Positions 56,580 to 64,000 of a stretch of DNA of 64,000 bases are shown here, in pieces. The position numbers were made by a program, and so were the translations under genes. Each line of letters opens with the position of its first letter. Position 1 is the stretch's first letter. The DNA is from a bacterium (GTDB lineage: Bacteria > Patescibacteriota > Minisyncoccia > Phycocordibacterales > JBBTRF01): assembly GCA_037130265.1 (NCBI GenBank), contig JBAXTI010000001.1, positions 394,377 to 458,376 on the forward strand, in the 5' to 3' direction. The notes under the pieces were generated by a model, which did not search any database, was not told where the DNA came from, and saw only the letters and a list, made by a program, of their open reading frames with translations.

Positions 56580-57485
56580 ATGAAAATACATCAACTAGAC
56601 CGACCAGTGCTCAGCGCAGCACTCTTCCTCATCTTCTCCATTTTCTTCGTCTCCTCCGTTTTCCTCATCGGCACCAACATCGCCCATGCCACTGTCGGCG
56701 GCCCTACCCTCGTCTACGATTTCACATACAACCCAGCAGACGAATCGGTGTACTATATTCGCAATTCCCAGAATGGTCGAGGTTGCCCACCAGAGCTATT
56801 GAAATTATCATTGGTCACGGGCACCTCACAGGTTGCCTTCTCCTGCGACGAAGGCGAAAAGCTCCTTGTGCCGGCGAACGATTACAACTCCTCCCCCGTC
56901 AACACGAAGATCACCTCGCTCACCAACGGCTTCAAACCACTCACCCCGATACACTTGGAGAAAAATGACCTTTCTGTCAAAATGCGCTTCGTGAATTACG
57001 AAAACGTTGCGCCGGATGTAAACGAGATTGTGAAGGCCAATTTTTTCGCCACGATCTCCCAGGCTGGCAAGAAGCTCGTCGAGTTCCCCGTTGTTGGCTG
57101 CAACGAAACACAGCCTTTCACCTTTGCTGGCTACGCGATCCCCGGCTTCGAGAAAAAGATCGTTCTCCTCCTCTCTGCGAAGGGCGATTGTTGGGAAGGC
57201 GGCTATATCTACGAAAGCCTGCACGTTGTCGGTGGAGTGACAGTACTCGACAGAACATCTGTTGTTGATTTCGACAAAGTAAATGCACCGCTGATCGCAG
57301 CCAATGGCACACTGGAGGTAACTACTGCTGACAAAGACATTGCATCAGCCGCAACGACAACCAACACAACAGCGAACACCCCTCCTAAAAATACCAGAAG
57401 TGCCATCGAACTGGCACTTCTCCTCGTCGGCGCCGTCGTCATCGGTCTTGTAGCCGGCGTTGCTTTGGGCAAGATTAAAAAATAA
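56580..57485 (+). CDS. secreted hypothetical protein with C-terminal membrane anchor
   Basis: N-terminal signal/TM (LFLIFSIFFVSSVFLIG); Thr/Asn-rich linker; C-terminal TM (LALLLVGAVVIGLVAGVALG) followed by KIKK. Confidence 0.45.
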   Translation: MKIHQLDRPVLSAALFLIFSIFFVSSVFLIGTNIAHATVGGPTLVYDFTYNPADESVYYIRNSQNGRGCPPELLKLSLVTGTSQVAFSCDEGEKLLVPANDYNSSPVNTKITSLTNGFKPLTPIHLEKNDLSVKMRFVNYENVAPDVNEIVKANFFATISQAGKKLVEFPVVGCNETQPFTFAGYAIPGFEKKIVLLLSAKGDCWEGGYIYESLHVVGGVTVLDRTSVVDFDKVNAPLIAANGTLEVTTADKDIASAATTTNTTANTPPKNTRSAIELALLLVGAVVIGLVAGVALGKIKK

Positions 57486-57496
57486 CCAAAAATACC

Positions 57497-57955
57497 ATGT
57501 TTGGATTTACACACTTTTTTAGCAAAGAAGGAGAGCCGACACTAGCAAAGAACGAGCAAGGCGATGTCGTGCCAATGACTCGCGAGGCGCTTTTGGTAGA
57601 CGCAAAAAGGGCCTCGGAGTATTTTGCCGAACCCTACACCGATGAAAAAAAGGGGCAATTTTTTGCTTCCGGCCCAAAATGGCTCGTAGAAATGGCTACT
57701 CAAGTGCCTTTTGGAAACCAATTTTTCATCAAAGATATCGTCCAGGCTATTATTTTCGTAGCTGAAACGTCACAGGCAACCAGGCCAGAAGAAATAAACG
57801 AAACCTCTGTGCAAAAACGACTATTTGCACTACTCAAAGACAAGGCTATTGGCACTATCAATGGAGATGACGACAAAATTTCTGCACGAATGGGTGTATC
57901 GACTTTTTTTGACGAGCCGGCAAGTGATGGCGCGGAACCTGGCCAGAAGTCCTAG
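57497..57955 (+). CDS. hypothetical protein
   Basis: ORF only. Confidence 0.35.
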   Translation: MFGFTHFFSKEGEPTLAKNEQGDVVPMTREALLVDAKRASEYFAEPYTDEKKGQFFASGPKWLVEMATQVPFGNQFFIKDIVQAIIFVAETSQATRPEEINETSVQKRLFALLKDKAIGTINGDDDKISARMGVSTFFDEPASDGAEPGQKS

Positions 57956-58587
57956 GTTGTTGACCTGATGAGACGACAGATTTTCATGAGCAGGATCAGT
58001 ACCAGCTGAATCACAATGTTCGCGACAATGAGGCTGAGAGCAGCCAGGCCAATGCTCAGTAAAAAAGCTGACTGCACGAAAAAGAGGAGAATGAGTAGCG
58101 GCCAGATATTTTTCATATCTTGTGGCGACGGGCCGAGCATCGCGCCGGCGTTGAGACACAGCAGAATCATCACCCAGCTCTGCCAATGTAACAGGTTGAG
58201 TTGTGCTAGTTGAGCGAAAACGTCTCCTGTTGCGACAAAATATCCGCCGAGCAGAAAGTGATTTATCGCATACAGAAACACGAGCCCGCCAGCGATTGGG
58301 GCAGCCGAAATAAGGAACGCTCCAAAGATTGGTAACTTTGACGGCCGATGGATGACATGCGGCTGATACGAAAACACCTTAAACTCCTCGATCTTCGCGC
58401 CAGTCGCTAGACACAACAACGCATGTGACGACTCGTGTACAAACGCGCCAATATAATACAGCGCATGTGTCAGGCGATAATTCAAAAATCGCCAATTCAA
58501 CCAATTACTTGCGTAACCAAACACGACGATCAGGACGATGACCAGGCCGAGGCTAAGTGACATATGCAATAAGGATAACATGGGCAA
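57952..58587 (-). CDS. putative membrane zinc metalloprotease (M50B-like; HExxH in TM helix)
   Basis: IGAFVHESSHALLCLATGA with several TM helices. Confidence 0.45.
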   Translation of the reverse strand: MPMLSLLHMSLSLGLVIVLIVVFGYASNWLNWRFLNYRLTHALYYIGAFVHESSHALLCLATGAKIEEFKVFSYQPHVIHRPSKLPIFGAFLISAAPIAGGLVFLYAINHFLLGGYFVATGDVFAQLAQLNLLHWQSWVMILLCLNAGAMLGPSPQDMKNIWPLLILLFFVQSAFLLSIGLAALSLIVANIVIQLVLILLMKICRLIRSTT

Positions 58588-58647
58588 GAAAAAACCGCTG
58601 CCACTTGGCAGCGATTTTTATATCGATGTATCGACGTCGTATCGAGA

Positions 58648-58896
58648 TCAGTTCTTTGGACCAATACCTGCGGCAGGAAGGGTCGGAGACTTCACTCCTG
58701 AGCCTACCGCGCCTGGAGTTTTTGCGGGGTTTAAGTCTGTCATGTTGATTGCAGTTTCATTACTCACCATGGGCGTTGTGGATGCAGTCTTCATTGAAGT
58801 GCTAGTCTTCGGTTTTGAGTTCGTCGCCCAGATGAGCCCGAGAACAACGATAATAACGACGAAAATCCAGATGGCGTTTTTGTTTGTGTCTTGCAT
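58648..58896 (-). CDS. hypothetical small membrane protein
   Basis: One TM helix, Thr/Ser-rich tail. Confidence 0.3.
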   Translation of the reverse strand: MQDTNKNAIWIFVVIIVVLGLIWATNSKPKTSTSMKTASTTPMVSNETAINMTDLNPAKTPGAVGSGVKSPTLPAAGIGPKN

Positions 58897-59000
58897 AATG
58901 CAGTTATTATACGCTTCAAAAAGGGTACCGTATAGTTCACATTACACGACTTTCATTCTGTAGTTTATGCGTCTACTTTGACTCTTCTTGCCAACCATCG

Positions 59001-59564
59001 CTAGTACTTCCTCACCACTCCGCGCACAATAGCGGCCACTTTTAAATCATATTCCGGATACATCGCCTTCATCGTCCGATTGGCCGGCTCGAGATAGGTC
59101 TTACCGCCGCGCTTACGAAAATATTTCATGGTCCAGCCACCGTCGATCTCGGCAATCACGATGTCGCCATCCTTCGGCTCACCGCGACGCTCAACAATCA
59201 CCAAGTCTCCCTCCTTGATCCCCTCTTCGATCATTGAGTCACCTTTCACCTCCAATACAAAAGTCTTGCCACGCTCACCCACCAAATAATCGTCGAGGCT
59301 CATCGTATCGGTAAGCGTGTCCGCATTTGTCGGAATGCCCGCCTCCACCAATCCAAGAAACGGCACTTCTCTGAAAAGGCTGTTGGGCACGAGACGGCCA
59401 GTGGAGTCCTTCTGCACAATTCCCTCCTCCACCAGACGATTTACTAGTTTGTACACCGCGTTCTTGGATTTGAAACCAACAAGCGTCATGATCTCGGCAT
59501 AGGCCGGCATGCGCTTGTGGCGTTCGTAGAAGGCGATGATTTTTTGTTTGTATTCTGGATACAT
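59001..59564 (-). CDS. lexA: LexA repressor
   Basis: wHTH N-domain; S24 peptidase motifs (AG cleavage site, GDSM, KDGD). Confidence 0.9.
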   Translation of the reverse strand: MYPEYKQKIIAFYERHKRMPAYAEIMTLVGFKSKNAVYKLVNRLVEEGIVQKDSTGRLVPNSLFREVPFLGLVEAGIPTNADTLTDTMSLDDYLVGERGKTFVLEVKGDSMIEEGIKEGDLVIVERRGEPKDGDIVIAEIDGGWTMKYFRKRGGKTYLEPANRTMKAMYPEYDLKVAAIVRGVVRKY

Positions 59565-59628
59565 TGCAATGAAAGATGGCAGCGGGCGTGATGTGTATAG
59601 GATGCGCTACACGAAGCTACACTTGTAA

Positions 59629-59853
59629 TTATAATACAAAACTCGTGACGGTTCGCATCGACCGTGACAACCAGCCCCACTGCGATCCTGCAAGCTGCAC
59701 GCGCTCGAGTCGGGTGAGCTGAGCGAGAAGCTGTCGGTGACGAAGCGATTCTCGACGGTATGATCGGCCGTAGACAATCTTCTGATCGATGATGGCGTTG
59801 AGGAGACCGATTTCTGAGCGAATCATCTTTTGTGTTTGTTTGTTGATGGTCAT
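59629..59853 (-). CDS. hypothetical small protein, putatively SOS-regulated
   Basis: Internal ATG of ORF 59629..59931 (the ORF's 5' end is occupied by the promoter/LexA box); 64 bp upstream of lexA, same strand. Confidence 0.35.
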   Translation of the reverse strand: MTINKQTQKMIRSEIGLLNAIIDQKIVYGRSYRRESLRHRQLLAQLTRLERVQLAGSQWGWLSRSMRTVTSFVL

Positions 59854-59901
59854 GGGGATGAGGGTTATGTGTTGGCTAATGGCTTTGTTTGGTATGAATA
59901 T

Positions 59902-59931
59902 AGTATAGGTGAACACCCGTTCACCTGTCAA
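59902..59931 (-). promoter_or_regulatory. minus-strand promoter TTGACA-18-TATACT whose 18-nt spacer is a LexA box (GGTGAAC-N4-GTTCACC; GAAC-N4-GTTC Cheo-type)
   Basis: Minus strand reads ttgaca ggtgaacgggtgttcacc tatact. Confidence 0.65.
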
Positions 59932-60047
59932 ACCCTAATCTGTGGACAACTGCTTTTCTCCTTGAGAGAGCGGTGCTCTTATTGACACTTTGCGACCAGG
60001 AGAATACTCTTATCAACGGCACGCAACCCTCAACCGAAGGAAACCTC

Positions 60048-60305
60048 ATGACTCCAATACTGACGGAAAAAAACTGGGAGGTGGAATTGGCAACATTGCA
60101 ACGGCAGGGAAAAATCTCAACTTTCGCTCGAAGTAAACTGACCGAGCTACTCCACGCCGGTGGCAAAATGGGCATCACAATGCCAGAAACTGACTTCAAG
60201 AAACTAACAGACGAGGTCTTCACGATCAAGTTCCCCGCCATCCAGAAAAAGTTCATTCTTACCTACAAGGCCTGCCGAGCTTACCTCTCGAAGACCGAAT
60301 GGTAG
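60048..60305 (+). CDS. hypothetical protein
   Basis: ORF only; a TTGACA-17-TACTCT promoter candidate near 59985. Confidence 0.3.
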   Translation: MTPILTEKNWEVELATLQRQGKISTFARSKLTELLHAGGKMGITMPETDFKKLTDEVFTIKFPAIQKKFILTYKACRAYLSKTEW

Positions 60306-60363
60306 CAGTCATGTCGACCCTCTTTCGCAAGCTCAAAAGGCACACGAAAGCTGGTCGATTTTT

Positions 60364-61542
60364 TTATTTCACAAAACTCTTGAGCGTTTTCTGCAACTCC
60401 TTCAACATTCGTTCATCACTAAACTGTGCAACTCGTGCCTTCCCTGCCATCGACAATTTTGCAACAAGATGTTCTTCATTAAATATTCTCTTGATCGCAC
60501 CAATGAATGCCGTCATATCGCCTTGAGGAACAAGCAGACCATTCTCACCATCCACAATCAACTCGACATTTCCGCCCACGGGGGTGGTGATCACTGGCAC
60601 ACCCATAGCAAGAGCCTCTAGCAATAAATGTGAAAATCCTTCGTATGCCGTATTGAGCACGAACACCTTTGCCGAGGCGAGGTACTGAAAGACAATCGCG
60701 TGTTCTGCCTTTCCCAAAAAAGTCACGGGTGCGCCGAGCTCCATCGCTCGCTTTTCAAGCACCCCACGATCCGGACCGTCGCCAAGAATATACAAATGAA
60801 CATCGGCATACTCTTTTTCTTTGGCGAGCATGCCAACCACCTCGATGAGAGTACTGAACCCTTTCCATGGAACGAGTCGTCCGACACTCACTATGGAATG
60901 TGCGCCGAGATTTAAATGTTTCGCTGGTACTTTCGCCACACGAGAAAGTTCGAAGCCGTTGTAGATCACTGTGATTTTTTCAGCTGGCACACCCCACGCA
61001 GTGACAATGCGTTTCAAATATTCGCTCGGGACAACGACGGTATCGGCAGCGAGCGCGACCCCTAGCTGAATTTGCTTTAGCACTCGAACAGCGAACGGAT
61101 ACTGCGTGCCGTCAGCCTGCACATCCGTCTTGCCATTTTTGAACGCAAAATCATCGAGCGGGTCGGTGATACCGTATCGCTGACTGCCCTGCTCCCATGC
61201 GTAATCGCCGACGATTTTAAGCAAGAAGGGTTTCCAAAGAATCTGTGCCACAAGCTTGGCAGGCAAGCCAACCGATACAGGATCCTGCGCATAGATCACG
61301 TCGGCACCCAATCCGGCTGTAAATAGCTTGGCAAAATAGAGCACGTGTCGAATACCCTTCGGCCAATGCAGGACCGAACCAAAATTCACCACAGTCACAA
61401 TATGTCCGAACTCGGGGAGACGGTTCACGAGCAACTTCGAATACGTCGCCGGACCACCAGATTGGGGCGGAAAAATGCCGGTCGCGACAACAACACGAAG
61501 TCCCTTGCTGGGAGCGCTTCGAATCACCTCTTTTGCTTCCAT
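60364..61542 (-). CDS. glycosyltransferase family 4 (GT-B, group 1)
   Basis: VVATGIFPPQSGGPATY N-domain; E..G.PV (EALAMGVPVITTPVGG) C-domain motif. Confidence 0.8.
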   Translation of the reverse strand: MEAKEVIRSAPSKGLRVVVATGIFPPQSGGPATYSKLLVNRLPEFGHIVTVVNFGSVLHWPKGIRHVLYFAKLFTAGLGADVIYAQDPVSVGLPAKLVAQILWKPFLLKIVGDYAWEQGSQRYGITDPLDDFAFKNGKTDVQADGTQYPFAVRVLKQIQLGVALAADTVVVPSEYLKRIVTAWGVPAEKITVIYNGFELSRVAKVPAKHLNLGAHSIVSVGRLVPWKGFSTLIEVVGMLAKEKEYADVHLYILGDGPDRGVLEKRAMELGAPVTFLGKAEHAIVFQYLASAKVFVLNTAYEGFSHLLLEALAMGVPVITTPVGGNVELIVDGENGLLVPQGDMTAFIGAIKRIFNEEHLVAKLSMAGKARVAQFSDERMLKELQKTLKSFVK

Positions 61543-61762
61543 GTTCGGTAGTATAGCATTTTGTCCACACCATCGACTACATTTCCCTTGATAAACAAAC
61601 AATTTTGCCCTATCATTCTTTTCTGTGAGTAAAGTCATTTTCATCCTCCTCGCGCCGATCTATATTCCCATGGCGCTTTTGATGCACCACACTTTCGAAT
61701 GGTGGGGCGGTCTGTGGTCGTAATCCCCAGCGCGCGAGCGGCGAGCGCGCTATACTATCGAC

Positions 61763-62200
61763 ATGAATCCTCGACACATCCACCTTTCGTCAATTATTGG
61801 CCGCCTCGCCCTCTTCGTCGTCTATTTCTGGTTTGGCGCCCTCAAACTCTTTGACCTCAGCCCGGCCAATCCAATGGTGGCAGACCTGCTTCATGCCACG
61901 ATGCCGTTTTGGTCATTCAGCAATTTCATCATTTGGTTTGCCCTCTTCGAAATGCTTATCGGCCTACTCTTTTTGATACCACGCTGTGAGAAAGTTGCAT
62001 TTGGACTCTTCGTCTTCCACATGGCCACCACGGTGATGCCACTCTTCTTCATCCCAGCGATGACATGGCAGGGTTTTCTCATCCCAACACTCGAAGGTCA
62101 GTATATTATTAAAAATGTCGTACTTGTGGCACTCGCCCTTTTTGTCTACTCAGCCAACGAATACGGCCCGACGCACAAATTGAAGGGTCTTCGAGACTAA
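61763..62200 (+). CDS. DUF417/DoxX-like small membrane protein
   Basis: Four TM helices (FVVYFWFGALKLFDLSPA, FIIWFALFEMLIGLLFL); YkgB-like pattern. Confidence 0.45.
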   Translation: MNPRHIHLSSIIGRLALFVVYFWFGALKLFDLSPANPMVADLLHATMPFWSFSNFIIWFALFEMLIGLLFLIPRCEKVAFGLFVFHMATTVMPLFFIPAMTWQGFLIPTLEGQYIIKNVVLVALALFVYSANEYGPTHKLKGLRD

Positions 62201-62901
62201 ATCTTCCGCGCATCTTTCACTGAATACTCGCCGATACTCGTACGACGCAACGCACTCATTGTCACCGGCGCACCAATACGTCGACCAAATTCCTCCCCGA
62301 GCGATCGAATATAGGTACCGCTCGACACACCGAGCTCCACACGCACTCGCTGACCGTCTGGAACGACCAGATTTTCTCTCACCTTTTTTTCCAGTCCCAG
62401 AAACCGTACCGACTCAACGGTCATTTCTTTCACCGGCGGCTTAATCTCCTCCGCGGTCTGCCCAGCACGAGCCAATTCGTACAACTTTTTTCCGCCGCGT
62501 TTGATCGCCGAATAGATCGGTACGGGCAATTGCAGCACGCCCTTCATACTCATCAGCACCTCCTCGACACGCGACGTCGTGAGATTTACACAAAACGCCA
62601 CCACTTGCTCTGCCGACCACTCCTCCAACACCTTGCCGTCGGTATCACCACTATCAGTGCGCAGGCCGATCAAAAACTCGGCTTCGTATACCTTCGACAG
62701 CCCAATCAACTCTCCGAGACGCTTTGTTCCGCCATCAATACCAATGATCATCAGCCCAGTCGCCAATGGATCGAGGGTGCCAGCATGCCCCATCTTTCTT
62801 CCAACAAACTCTGGTTCCCGCTGCAATCGACGGATCACGTCGAAAGAGGTGATGCCGGCGGGCTTGTCGATCAAAAGGATGTCATTTGGGGTTAGTGGCA
62901 T
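62197..62901 (-). CDS. truB: tRNA pseudouridine(55) synthase
   Basis: LLIDKPAGITSFDV...GHAGTLDPLATGLMIIGI catalytic Asp motif. Confidence 0.9.
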   Translation of the reverse strand: MPLTPNDILLIDKPAGITSFDVIRRLQREPEFVGRKMGHAGTLDPLATGLMIIGIDGGTKRLGELIGLSKVYEAEFLIGLRTDSGDTDGKVLEEWSAEQVVAFCVNLTTSRVEEVLMSMKGVLQLPVPIYSAIKRGGKKLYELARAGQTAEEIKPPVKEMTVESVRFLGLEKKVRENLVVPDGQRVRVELGVSSGTYIRSLGEEFGRRIGAPVTMSALRRTSIGEYSVKDARKI

Positions 62902-62972
62902 ATATTCTGCATTCTATGCAATAATAGAATGAAACTCAACAGCTCTTTGAGCTTGGAAAGGACCTTCGACTC

Positions 62973-63266
62973 ATGAACCCTCCGACCAACAGCCAGTATC
63001 GGGTGGTGGAAATAGAGCGAACGCACGAGCAAGGTCCGGGGGCACGAATTCTCTTTGGACTTGCCTCAGACTCAAGCGCGTTGCTCAGCCCCACGCCCAT
63101 CTTCTGCCTCTGTTTTCACAGGAGCAAGAAGTGGGAACTCATCATCGACAGCCACTACAACCCTGTCGCAATCCACGCAGTCGCCAGCAATGGCGCACAC
63201 ATGGGTCTCGGAGACTTGGTAAAATTAGCCAAGACCTACGCCTACACCACACATCCCAACGGATAA
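62973..63266 (+). CDS. hypothetical protein
   Basis: ORF only. Confidence 0.25.
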   Translation: MNPPTNSQYRVVEIERTHEQGPGARILFGLASDSSALLSPTPIFCLCFHRSKKWELIIDSHYNPVAIHAVASNGAHMGLGDLVKLAKTYAYTTHPNG

Positions 63267-63389
63267 TTGGGCTCGCTCGCTTCGTTAAATCACGGCTTCC
63301 ACAGCCCGGTTTGACAAAAGCGAGCTTTTTTGTTAAAAATAAGGCTCATCCGGCCCGCTAAAGGGCCTTTTGTAACCCACTCAATTTTC

Positions 63390-64000
63390 ATGGAAATTCG
63401 CAACATCGCCATCATCGCCCACGTGGACCACGGCAAGACCACCCTCACCGACGCTCTATTGAAACAAAATGGAGCAGCTGAAGAAGGTGCAAGTATGGAC
63501 TCCAACGCTCTTGAACAGGAGCGTGGTATTACTATTTACGCCAAGAACACTTCCCTCTACTACAAGGACACCAAGATCAACATCGTGGACACCCCAGGTC
63601 ACGCCGACTTCGGTTCTGAGGTGGAACGCGTACTTCGATCGATCGACACCGTGTTGCTCGTGGTAGACGCACAGGAAGGTCCGATGCCACAGACACGTTT
63701 CGTACTCAAGAAGTCTCTCGAATTGGGACTCAAGCCGATTGTCGTCCTCAACAAGATCGACAAGCCAGCTGCTCGACCCGCAGAAGCACATGAGGAGATC
63801 CTCGAACTCTTCATGGAGCTCGGTGCAAATGACGCACAGCTCGACTTCACCACTGTCTACGCGATCGGCCGCCAGGGCATTGCGAAAATGAACCTTGCCG
63901 ATGAGAGTGCAGACCTCACACCGCTTTTGGATACTATTTTGAAGCTCGTTCCTTCAGCCAACGGCACCGACCAAGCGACTCATGACGCACTCGAAGCAAA
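63390..64000 (+). CDS. typA: translational GTPase TypA/BipA (5' partial; runs off the window)
   Basis: [24 protein letters not shown] (G1), DTPGHADF (G3), NKIDK (G4); open to the window end. Confidence 0.85.
   Translation, partial: MEIRNIAIIAHVDHGKTTLTDALLKQNGAAEEGASMDSNALEQERGITIYAKNTSLYYKDTKINIVDTPGHADFGSEVERVLRSIDTVLLVVDAQEGPMPQTRFVLKKSLELGLKPIVVLNKIDKPAARPAEAHEEILELFMELGANDAQLDFTTVYAIGRQGIAKMNLADESADLTPLLDTILKLVPSANGTDQATHDALEA

Overview
The window is about 64 kb of a small-genome bacterium whose gene content is consistent with a CPR/Patescibacteria-like lineage, though that is an inference from gene content only. Its composition is mixed, judged by eye and not computed.

Most of it is housekeeping:
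- Ribosomal proteins L27, L9 and L21.
- cysS, lysS, proS, dnaB, recR, priA and rmuC.
- A dcw block, mraZ-rsmH-ftsL-ftsI-murF.
- A rod-shape block, mreB-mreC-mreD-mrdA, plus a second mreB paralog next to murA.
- greA, rseP, frr, holB, the def-fmt operon, hpf, truB, lexA and a partial typA.

Accessory content:
- A type IV pilin-like cluster: three prepilin-type genes and a 782-aa LVIVD-repeat protein.
- A dinJ-yafQ toxin-antitoxin pair with a palindromic operator.
- Two tRNAs. A tRNA-Glu(CUC) carries an 18-bp duplication of its 3' end 160 bp away. A tRNA-Asn(GUU) is interrupted in the anticodon loop by a ~300-nt group I intron.
- An AT-rich island-like segment at about 46.2-52.1 kb beside the tRNA-Asn. 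It carries a DUF3298/DUF4163 membrane protein, a 2H phosphoesterase and an HExxH + APH-like kinase fusion.
- Next to it, about 52.1-57.5 kb of monocistronic cassettes, each with its own promoter and a member of one terminator family. This stretch includes a frameshifted NYN gene flanked by 125-bp direct repeats, a CPBP protease and a YdeI/OmdA gene.

Non-coding elements:
- A ~285-nt structured RNA with its own sigma70 promoter and intrinsic terminator lies just upstream of def-fmt. It contains a 27-codon ORF ending in Met-Met-stop.
- A GAAC-N4-GTTC LexA box sits exactly in the spacer of a TTGACA/TATACT promoter upstream of a small gene and lexA.

All calls rest on motif recognition by eye and ORF arithmetic. 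No database searches, folding or compositional computations were run. Coordinates of non-ORF features are approximate to within a few nucleotides.
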